Source: Eledone cirrhosa (Eukaryota). Taken from it: a stretch of 64,000 nucleotides of DNA. The notes under the pieces were generated by a model. The model saw only the letters and a program-made list of their open reading frames with translations, had not been told where the DNA came from and made no database searches. Below, piece by piece: positions 24,507 to 36,700 of the stretch (position 1 is the stretch's first letter; every line of letters begins with the position of its first letter). Location: the NCBI GenBank assembly GCA_964016885.1, contig OZ024766.1:2232001-2296000 (forward strand), given 5' to 3'. The translations under genes were made by a program, and so were the position numbers.

Positions 24507-24977
24507 AGTGTATAATTAGAAATTAGTGTCATGCATAGCTGTATAAACACTGTATTTCTTTAGAAATACAAAATTTCTATACATATCTGTATAGAACTAT
24601 GCTCAAAGCTAAATCCTAATTCTATTCTATTATAATTTGAGTCAACTTATGCAGCTTCATATGCAAATGAGATTAATCAGCTCATTTACAGACGAGAAAA
24701 CCATATATTCTCGACTTTTTTCAAGTCCAGCAGTTGCAAAAGTCCTGATGAGTAGCAGTGAAGTTCAAAATGCATCGACGATTGTCCCCCTTGCTTCTGC
24801 TGGGCACCACCAGAGGGCATTAGCCCTGGTGTTTTGCATATCTACAGCTTTCTAAATGTTTATCAATAAACACATTCTGTTTCTGTAGACATACGAAATT
24901 ACAATACATATCTGTATACAGCTATGCATAGAACTAATTCCTAATTCTATTATATATCATCATTATCATTTTACATC

Positions 24978-25170
24978 AGGGCGGTGGATTGGCAGTATCG
25001 GTAGAGAGTCGGACGCCATGCTTTCCAGCATAGTTACGTCCCTTTACGGTCTGAGTTCAAATCCCGCCGAGGTTAACTTTGCCTTTCATCCTTACGGGGT
25101 CGATAAAATAAAGTACCAGTAATACACTGGGTAATTGCTGGCCTTGTGCCTAAAGTAGAAACAATTATCA
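24978..25170 (+). mobile_element. Second tRNA-derived SINE family
   Basis: ggcggtggattggcagtatcggtag (A-box-like), gagttcaaatcc (B box), tail aaagtaccagt...ggccttgtgcctaaagtagaaac. Partial copies at 2614-2850 and 26745-26868. Confidence 0.75.
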
Positions 25171-26505
25171 TTTTACATCCGCTTTTCCCTGCTTGCAAGG
25201 GTGGGACGGGTCCTATTCAGCACAGCGTCTCTCCACTTGTCACTGTCCTTCGTCATCTCCTCTGTGAGCTTCAGCAATCTGAGATCAGCTCTCACCACCT
25301 CCGCCCATGTCTTTCGTGATCCTCCTCTACTACGTCTTCTTCCTTCTGGGATTTTTTGCACTTCTTTACCCATCGGCCATCCTCCATACACATCTCAGTC
25401 TCCTCTCCCACACACCACAACATCCCTCTTATACTCAGTTTCTCTCTCAACACATCACATGTCCATACCATCTCAGTCTTCTCTCCCACACACCACAACT
25501 TATACCTCTTACACCCAGTTTCTCTCTCAACACATCACATGTCCATACCATCTCAGTCCTCTCTCCCACACACTACAACTTATACCTCTTATACCCAGTT
25601 TCTCTCTCAACACATCACTTGTCCATACCATCTCAGTCTTCTCTCCCACACACCACAACTTATCCCTCTTATACCCAGTTTCTTTCTCAACACATCACAT
25701 GTCCATACCACCTCAGTCTTCTCTCCTGCACACTACAACTTATCCCTCTTATACCCAGTTTCTCTCTCAACACATCACATGTCCATACCATCTCAGTCTT
25801 CTCTCCCACACACTACAACTTATCCCTCTTATACACAGTTTCTCTCTCAACACATCACATGTCCATACCATCTCAGTCTTCTCTCCCACACACTACAACT
25901 TATCCCTCTTATACCCAGTTTCTCTCTCGCCACATCACATGTCCATACCATCTCAGTCTTCTCTCCCCCACACTACAGTTTATTCCTCTTATACACAGTT
26001 TCTCTCTCAACTCATCCATGCTTGGTCGTTCACGCACATTGACATTGCACATCCAACGGAGCATGCTTGCTTCATTTCTCTCCAGCCGTCGCATATCCTC
26101 CACAGTTGCTGCCCATGTCTCACTACCGTGCAGCATCACGCATCTCATACAGGCATCATATAACAAGCCTTTCGTTCGTAGGGAGAAACCCTTCTTTGTC
26201 AACAGAGGAAGCAACTCCCTAAACTTCTTCCAACCCGTCCTTATTCTAGATACTATGGCCTCAGAACACCCTCCTTCCATAGCACCCACCTGCATTTGAA
26301 AAATGTGTCTATGAATGCGACTTCTACTGTCAAATTTGCCTGTACATCTACTGCATGCATTGTTTTTCCTACCTGTTGGTTTGCCTGCTATCCCACTACA
26401 CCTCTTGGGTGTGTCTTGTCACCTAACACTTGTCAAACTCTATCACCCATTGTCTTTCCTTTGAACATATATATTGTGTGGATATACTCTATGTATTGAG
26501 TACCT
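25170..26505 (-). mobile_element. RTE-clade LINE 3' fragment with an internal 80-bp tandem expansion
   Basis: ORF 25909-26295 (RIRTGWKKFRELLPLL...MLHGSETW...MLRWMC...LRWYGHVM) and 25173-25391 ([18 protein letters not shown]...W); 3' tail shared with the SINE. Confidence 0.9.
25390..26015 (-). repeat. 80-bp minisatellite, about 8 copies, inverted relative to 20599-21478
   Basis: Unit cacatcacatgtccataccatctcagtcttctctcccacacaccacaacttatccctcttatacccagtttctctctcaa. Confidence 0.95.
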
Positions 26506-26744
26506 TACTGTGGTTGCCTCCAAATGAACCTGGGATACCACACACACACATATACACACACATATATACACACACACATATAAATATATATATATATATT
26601 TTTTTTTATTAAGGTAAATATAATGCTTTCTTTATTAACCACAAGGGTTTACATAAAGTAGACATTAAGGACAGTACAGGACGGTACAAATGGGCATTTC
26701 TGCGTGTAAAAAAAAAACAGAGGATGTAATAAAAAATAACAATA

Positions 26745-26868
26745 ATGGTTTCTTATTTCAGCACAAGGCCGGTAATTTGGGGGGAGGGGGGAAAGTCGAT
26801 TAAATTGACCCCAGTGCGTGACAGGTACTTTATTTTATTGACCCCATAAGGATGAAAGGCAAAGTTAA
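26745..26868 (-). mobile_element. 3' fragment of the second SINE family
   Basis: gcacaaggcc...ggtactttattttattgaccccataaggatgaaaggcaaagttaa is the reverse complement of ~25073-25150. Confidence 0.7.
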
Positions 26869-27162
26869 TAAGAATTTTTAACGAGAACTGGCACAAAATT
26901 CACCAACCAACCAAATTACTTTTTTTCCATATAAAACAGAAGTAACATTCACACACCAACAAGATGGGAGAAAAACCACAGACCCTCCATCTCAACTCTA
27001 CTTTTGAAAAGCAGAAGAACTGCGAAACCAGCAAAGGAGCCAAATAAATATAATTTCTTTAAAAAAAGACTCAAGTTGCATTTTTGATTTCATCTTTTTT
27101 CCTTATACTTTCACTTGTGTAGGACACCTCGGTTTCATTTTCATTTTGTAAAAAAACCTCAC

Positions 27163-27621
<459 letters not shown>

Positions 27622-27724
27622 TATATATATATCATTGTCATCATTATGGTCCCTTAACCGTTTTCAGGGTCCTTGGGACACTGCAGTGTTGAACGCTACA
27701 CCAGCACCCTGCCACTCTGGCACT

Positions 27725-30700
27725 CATAAATGACTCTTAAATGGCTAAAACGCCATCATAAATGAATAACATGACTCTTAAATGGCTATTTTAGAGTCAT
27801 TTTAGTCATTTATGATGCAGTTTTAGCCATTTTAGAGTCATTTTTGTCAATTATGATGTCGTTATAGCCATTTTAGTAATTTATGATGCCATTTCAGAGT
27901 CAATTTAGCTATTTTAGAGTCATTTATGATGCTGTTTTAACCATTTTAGAGTCATTTTCGTCATTTATGATGCTGTTTAAGCCATTTCAGAGTAATTTTA
28001 GTCATTTATGATGCCGTTTTAGCCATTTTAGAGTCATTTTAGTCATTTATGATGCCGTTTTAGCCATTTCAGAGTCAATTTAGCCATTTTAGAGTCATTT
28101 TATTCATTTATGATAACGTTTTAACCATTTTAGAGTCACCTTAGTCATTTATGACGCCGTTTAAGCCATTTTGGAGTCATTTTAGTCATTTATGATGCCG
28201 TTTTAGCTATTTTAGTCATTTATGATGCCGTTTTAGCTATTTTAGTTTCATTTTCTTCATTTATGATGCCGTTTTAGCCATTTTAGTCATTTATGATGAC
28301 GTTGAAGTCATTTATGATGCCTTTATAGCCATTTTACTCATTTATGATGCCGTTTTAGCCATTTTACTCATTTATGATGCCTTTTTAGCCATTTTACTCA
28401 TTTATGATGCTATTTTAGCCATATTAGAGTCATTTACGATGCCGTTTTAGCCATTTTAGAGTAATTTTACTCATTTATGATGTCATTTTAATCATTTATG
28501 ATGACGTTTTGGCCATTTTAGTCATTTATGATGCCATTTTAGTCATTTATGATGACGTTTTAGTCATTTATGATGACGTTTTGTCCATTTTACTCATTCA
28601 TGATGCCGTCTTAGACATTTTAGAGTCAATTTAGCCATTTATGATGTCGTTTTAGCCATTTTAGTCATTAATAATGACGTTTTAGTAATTTATGATGACG
28701 TTTTAGCCATTTTACTAATTTATGCCATTTTAGATACAATTTAGCCATTTATGATGCCATTTTAGTCATTTCTGATGCCATTTTAACCTTTTAGAGTCAT
28801 TTTAGTCATTTATGATGACGTTTTTATCAATTATGATGACGTTTTAGTCATTTAGGATGACGTTTTAGCCATTTTACTTATTTATGATGCCTTTTTAGCC
28901 ATTTTACTCATTTATGATGCTATTTTAGTCATTTATGATGACGTTTTAGTCATTTATGATGAGGTTTTGGCCATTTTACTCATTTATGATGCCGTTTTAG
29001 CCATATTAGCCCATTTATGATACCGTTTTCGTCATTTATGATGCCGTTTTAGTAATTTATGATGACGTTTTAGTCATTTATGATGACGTTCTAGCCATTT
29101 TACTCATTTATGATGCCTTTATAGCCATTTTAGAGTCATTTTAGTAATTTGTAATGCCGTTTTAGTCATTTATAATGACCTTTTAGCTATTTTAGAGTAA
29201 TTTGAGTCATTTAAGATGCATTTTTAACCATTTTGGACTCATTTTAGTCATTTATGATGCGTTTTAGCCATTTTGGAGTCATTCTAGTCATATATGATGC
29301 CGTTTTAGACATTTTGGAGTCATTCTAGTCATTTATGATGCCGTTTGAGCCACTTTAGTCATTTATAATAACGTTTTAGCCATTTTAGAGTCATTTTAGT
29401 CATTTATGATGCCGTTCTAGCAATTCCCGAGTCATTCTAGTCATTTATGATGCCGTTTTAGCCATTTTAGTCATTTATAATTACGTTTTAGCTATTTAAG
29501 AGTCATTTCAGTCATTTATGATGCCCTTTTAGCCATTTTAGTCATTCCTAATGACGTTTTAGCTATTTTAGAGTCATTTCAGTCATTTATGATGCCGTTT
29601 TAGCCACTTTAGTCATATATAATGACGTTTTAGCCATTTTAGAGTCATTTTAGTCATTTATGATGCCGTTCTAGCCATTCTGGTGTCATTCTAGTCATTT
29701 ATGATGCCGTTTTAGCCATTTTAGTCATTTATAATGACGTTTTAGCTATTTAAGAGTCATTTTAGTCATTTATGATGCTGTTTTAGCCATTTTAGTATTG
29801 ATAATGCCGTTTTAGCCATTTTACAGTCATTTTAGTCATTTATGATGTTATTTTAGCCATTCTAGACACATTTTAGTCATTTATGATGCCGTTTTACCTA
29901 TTTTACTCATTTATAATGACGTTTTAGCCACTTTAGAGTCATTTTAGTCATTTATGATGCGTTTTAGCCATTTTGGAGTCATTCTAGTCATTTATGATGC
30001 CGTTTTAGCCATGTTAGTCATTCCTAATGATGTTTTAGGTATTTAAGAGTTATTTCAGTCATTTATGATGTATTTTAGCCATTTTAGTCATTTAAGATGC
30101 CGTTTTAACCATTTTGGAGTCATTTTAGTCATTTATGATGCCGTTTTAGCCATTTTCGAATCATTCTAGTCATTTATAATGCCGTTTTAGCCATTTTAGT
30201 CATTTATAATGACGTTTTAGCTATTTAAGAGTCATTTTAGTCATTTATGATGCCGTTTTAGCCATTTTAGTATTGATAATGCCGTTTTAGCCATTTTACA
30301 GTCATTTTAGTCATTTATGATGTTATTTTAGCCATTCTAGACACATTTTAGTCATTTATAATGCCGTTTTACCTATTTTACTGATTTATAATGACGTTTT
30401 AGCCACTTTAGAGTCATTTTAGTCATTTATGATGCGTTTTAGACATTTTGGAGTCATTCTAGTCATTTATGATGCCGTTTGAGCCATTTTAGTCATTTAT
30501 AATGACGTTTTAGCTATTTAAGAGTCATTTTGGTCATTTATGAAGCCGTTTTAGCAATTTTAGTCATTCATAATGACGTTTTAGATATTTTGGAGTCATT
30601 CTAGTCATTTATGATGCCGGTTTAGCCATTTTGGAGTCATTCTAGTCATTTATGATGCCGTTTTAGCCATTTTAGTCATTCCTAATGATGTTTTACCAAT

Positions 30701-33700
30701 TTTAGAGTCATTTGAGTCATTTAAGATTCATTTTTAACCATTTTGGAGTCATTTTAGGCATTTATGATGCGTTTTAGCCATTTTAATCATTAATAATGCC
30801 GTTTTAGCCATTTTAGAGTCACTTTAGTCATTTATGATGCTATTTTAGCCATTCTAGACACATTTTAGTCATTCATAATGCCGTTTCACCCATTTTAGTC
30901 ATTTAAGATGCCGTTTTAACCATTTTGGAGTGATTTTAGTTATATATGATGCCGTTTTAGACATTTTGGAGTCATTCTAGTCATTTATGATGCCGTTTTA
31001 GCCATTTTAGTCATTCCTAATGACGTTTTAGCTATTTTAGAGTCATTTGAGTCATTTAAGATGCATTTTTAACCATTTTGGAGTCATTTTAGTCATTTAT
31101 GATGCGTTTTAGCCATTTTGGAGTCATTCTAGTCATTCATGATGCCGTTTTAGCCATTTTAGTCATTGATAATGCCATTTTAGCTATTTTAGAGTCATTT
31201 TAGTCATTTATGATGCTATTTAAGCCATTCTAGGCACATTTTAGTCATTCATAATGCCGTTTTACCCATTTCAGTCATTTAAGATGCCGTTTTAACCATT
31301 TTGGAGTCATTTTAGTCATATATGATGCCGTTTTAGACATTTTGGAGTCATTCTAGTCATTTATGATGCCGTTTGAGCCATTTTAGTCATTTATAATGAC
31401 GTTTTAGCTATTTAAGAGTCATTTCAGTCATTTATGATGCCCTTTTAGCCATTTTAGTCATTGACAATGCCGTTTTAGCCATTTTAGAGTCATTTTAGTC
31501 ATTTATGATGCTATTTTAGCCATTCTAGACACATTTTAGTCATTCATAATGCCATCTTACTCATTTTAGTCATTTAAGATGCCGTTTTAACCATTTTGGA
31601 GTCATTTTAGTCATATATGATGTCGTTTTAGACATTTTGGAGTCATTCTAGTCATTTATGATGCCGTTTGAACCATTTTAGTCATTTATGATGTCGTTTT
31701 AGCAATTTTAGTCATTTATAATGACGTTTTAGATATTTTGGAGTCATTCTAGTCATTTATGATCCCGTTTTAGCAATTTTGGAGTAATTTCAGTCATTTA
31801 TGATGCCGTTTTAGCCATTTTAGTCATTTATAATGACGCTTTAGCTATTTAAGAGTAATTTTAGTCATTTATGATGCCGTTTTAGCCATTTTAGTCATTT
31901 ATGATGGCGGTTTAGCCATTTGGGAGTGATTCTAGTCATTTATGATGCCGTTTTAGCCATTTTAGTCATTCTTAATGATGTTTTACCTATTTTAGAGTCA
32001 TTTGAGTCATTTAAGATGCATTTTTAACCATTTTGGAGTCATTTTAGTCATTTATGATGCGTTTTAGCCATTTTGGAGTCATTCTAGTCATTTATGATGC
32101 CGTTTTAGCCATTTTAGTCATTGATAATGCCATTTTAGCTATTTTAGACTCATTTTAGTCATTTATGATGCCGGTTTAGCCATTTTGGAGTAATTTCAGT
32201 CATTCATAATGCCGTTTTACCCATTTTAGTCATTTAAGATGCCGTTTTAACCATTTTGGAGTCATTTTAGTTATATATGATGCTGTTTTAGACATTTTGG
32301 AGTCATTCTAGTCATTTATGATCCCGTTTTAGCCATTTTGGAGTAATTTGAGTCATTTATGATGCCGTTTTAGCCATTTTAGTCATTTATAATGACTCTT
32401 TAGACATTTTAGAATCATTTTAGTTATTTATGATGCCGGTTTAGCCATTTTGGAGTCATTCTAGTCATTCATGATGCCGTTTTAGCCATTTTAGTCATTC
32501 CTAATGACGTTTTATCTATTTTAGAGTCATTTGAGGCATTTAAGATGCATTTTTAACCATTTTGGAGTCATTTTAGTCATTTATAATGACGCTTTAGCTA
32601 TTTAGGAGTCATTTTAGTCATTTATGATGCGTTTTAGCTATTTTGGAGTCATTCTAGTCATTTATGATGCCGTTTTAGCCATTTTAGTCATTGATAATGC
32701 CATTTTAGCTATTTTAGAGTCATTTTAGTCATTTATTATGCTATTTTAGCCATTCTAGACAATTTCAGTCATTCATAATGCCGTTTTACCCATTTCAGTC
32801 ATTTAGTTGCCGTTTTAACTATTTTGGAGTCATTTTAGTCATATTTTACCCATTTCAGTCATTTAGTTGCCGTTTTAACTATTTTGGAGTCATTTTAGTC
32901 ATATATGATGCCGTTTTAGACATTTTGGAGTCATTCTAGTCATTTATGATGCCGTTTTAGCAATTTTAGTCATTTATAATGACGTTTTAGATATTTTGGA
33001 GTCATTCTAGTCATTTATGATCCCGTTTGAGCCATTTTGGAGTAATTTCAGTCATTTATGATGCCGTTTTAGCCATTTTAGTCATTTATAATGACGCTTT
33101 AGCTATTTAAGAGTCATTCTAGTCATTTAGGATGCCGGTTTAGCCATTTTGGAGTCATTCTAGTCATTTATGATGCCGTTTTAGCCATTTCAGTCATTCC
33201 TAATGATGTTTTACCTATTTTAGAGTCATTTGAGTCATTTAAGATTCATTTTTAACCATTTTGGAGTCATTTTAGTCATTTATGATGCGTTTTAGCCATT
33301 TTGGAGTCATTTTAGTTATTTATGATGCTATTTTAGCCATTCTAGACACATTTTAGTCATTCTTAATGCCTTTTCACCCATTTTAGTCATTTAAGATGCC
33401 GTTTTAAACCATTTTAGAGTCATTTTAGTTATATATGATGCCGTTTTAGACATTTTGGAGTCATTCTAGTCATTTATGATGCCGTTTGAGCCATTTTAGT
33501 CATTTATAATGACGTTTTTACCTATTTAAGAGTCATTTTAGTCATTTATGATGCTGTTTTAGCCATTTTGGAGTAATTTCAGTCATTTATGATGCCGTTT
33601 TAGCCATTTTAGTCATTTATAATGACGTTTTAGACATTCTAGAATCATTTTAGTCCTTTATGATGCCGGTTTAGCCATTTTGGAGTCATTCTAGTCATTT

Positions 33701-36700
33701 ATGATGCCGTTTTAGCCATTTTAGTCATTCCTAATGACGTTTTAGCTATATTAGAGTCATTTGAGTCATTTAAGATGCATTTCTAACCATTTTTGGAGTC
33801 ATTTTAGTCATTTATGATGCCTTTTAGCCATTTTGGAGTCATTCTAGTCATTTATGATGCCGTTTTAGCCATTTTAGTCATTGATAATGCCATTTTAGCT
33901 ATTTTAGACTCATTTTAGTCATTTATGATGCTATTTTAGCCATTCTAGGCACATTTTAGTCATTCATAATGCCGTTTTACACATTTCAGTCATTTAAGAT
34001 GCCGTTTTAAACCATTTTGGAGTCATTTTAGTCATATATTATGCCGTTTTAGACATTTTGGAGTCATTCTAGTCATTTATGATGCCGTTTGAGCCATTTT
34101 AGTCATTTATAATGACGTTTTAGCTATTTAAGAGTCATTTTACTCATTTATGATGCCGTTTTAAACAATTTTAGTCATTTATAATGACGTTTTAGATATT
34201 TTGGAGTCATTCTAGTCATTTATGATCCCGTTTTAGCCATTTTGGAGTGATTTCAGTCATTTATGATGCCGTTTTAGCCATTTTAGTCATTTATAATGAC
34301 GCTTTAGCTATTTAAGAGTCATTTTAGTCATTTATGATGCCGTTTTAGCCATTTTAGTCATTTATAATGACGCTTTAGCTATTTTAGAGTCATTTTAGTC
34401 ATTTATGATGCCGGTTTAGCCATTTTGGAGTCATTCTAGTCATTTATGATGCCGTTTTAGCCATTTTAGTCATTTATAATGACGTTTTATCCATTTTGGA
34501 GTCATTCTAGTCATTTATAATGCCGTTTTAGCCATTTTAGTCATTCCTACTGACGTTTTAGCTATTTTAGAGTCATTTGAGTCATTTAAGATGCATTTTT
34601 AAACATTTTGGAGTCATTTTAGTCATTTATGATGCGTTTTAGCCATTTTGGAGTCATTCTAGTCAATTATGATGCCGTATTAGCCATTTTAGTCATTGAT
34701 AATGCCGTTTTAGCCATTTTAGAGTCATTTTAGTCATTTATGATGCTATTTTAGCCATTCTAGACACATTTTAGTCATTCATAATGCCGTTTTACCCATT
34801 TTAGTCATTCAAGATGCCGTTTTAACCATTTTGGAGTAATTTTAGTCATATATGATGCCGTTTTAGACATTTTGGAGTCATTCTAGTCATTTATGATACC
34901 GTTTTAGCCATTTTAGTCATTGATAATGCCGTTTTAGCCATTTTAGAGTCATTTTAGTCATTTATGATGCTATTTTAGCCATTCTAGACACATTTTAGTC
35001 ATTCATAATGCCGTTTTACCCATTTTAGTCATTTAAGATGCCGTTTTAACCATTTGGAGTCATTTTAGTCATATATGATGCTGTTTGAGCCATTTTAGTC
35101 ATTTATAACGACGTTTTAGATATTTTGGAGTCATTCTAGTCATTTATGATCCCGTTTGAGCCATTTTGGAGTAATTTCAGTCATTTATGATGCCGTTTTA
35201 GCCATTTTAGTCATTTATAATGACGCTTTAGCTATTTAAGTGTCATTTTAGTCATTTATGATGCCGTTTTAGCCATTTTAGTCATTTATAATGACGCTTT
35301 AGCTATTTAAGAGTCATTTTAGTCATTTATGATGCCGGTTTAGCCATTTTGGAGTCATTCTAGTCATTTATGATGCTGTTTTAGCCATTTTAGTCATTCC
35401 TAATGACGTTTTAGCTATATTAGAGTCATTTGAGTCATTTAAGATGCATTTTTAACCATTTTGGAGTCATTTTAGTCATATATGATGCCGTTTTAGACAT
35501 TTTGGAGTCATTCTAGTCATTTATTATGCCGTTTGAGCCATTTTAGTCATTTATAATGACGTTTTAGCTATTTAAGAGTCATTTCAGTCATTTATGATGC
35601 CCTTTTAGCCATTTTAGTCATTGATAATGCCGTTTTAGCCATTTTAGAGTCATTGTAGTCATTTCTGATGCTATTTTAGCCATTCTAGACACATTTTAGT
35701 CATTCATAATGCCTTTTCACCCATTTTAGTCATTCAAGATGCCGTTTTAACCATTTTAGAGTCATTTTAGTTATATATGATGCCGTTTTAGACATTTTGG
35801 AGTCATTCTAGTCATTTATGATGCCGTTTGAGCCATTTTAGTCATTTATAATGACGTTTTACCTATTTAAGAGTCATTTTAGTCATTTATGATGCCGTTT
35901 TAGCCATTTTGGAGTCATTTCAGTCATTTATGATGCCGTTTTAGCCATTTTAGTCATTTATAATGACGTTTTAGACATTCTAGAATCACTTTAGTCCTTT
36001 ATGATGCCGGTTTAGCCATTTTGGAGTCATTCTAGTCATTTATGATGCCGTTTTAGCCATTTTAGTCATTCCTAATGACGTTTTAGCTATATTAGAGTCA
36101 TTTGAGTCATTTAAGATGCATTTCTAACCATTTTTGGAGTCATTTTAGTCATTTATGATGCCTTTTAGCCATTTTGGAGTCATTCTAGTCATTTATGATG
36201 CCGTTTTAGCCATTTTAGTCATTGATAATGCCATTTTAGCTATTTTAGACTCATTTTAGTCATTTATGATGCTATTTTAGCCATTCTAGACACATTTTAG
36301 TCATTCATAATGCCGTTTTACACATTTCAGTCATTTAAGATGCCGTTTTAACCATTTTGGAGTCATTTTAGTCATATATTATGCCGTTTTAGACATTTTG
36401 GAGTCATTCTAGTCATTTATGATGCCGTTTGAGCCATTTTAGTCATTTATAATGACGTTTTAGCTATTTAAGAGTCATTTTACTCATTTATGATGCCGTT
36501 TTAACAATTTTAGTCATTTATAATGACGTTTTAGATATTTTGGAGTCATTCTAGTCATTTATGATCCCGTTTTAGCCATTTTGGAGTGATTTCAGTCATT
36601 TATGATGCCGTTTTAGCCATTTTAGTCATTTATAATGACGCTTTAGCTATTTAAGAGTCATTTTAGTCATTTATGATGCCGTTTTAGCCATTTTAGTCAT

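Noticed and set aside
20520-26299. Long His/Ser/Thr-rich ORFs over the 80-bp arrays
   Set aside because: They are the antisense reading of the LINE-derived tandem unit, and some run through Ns.
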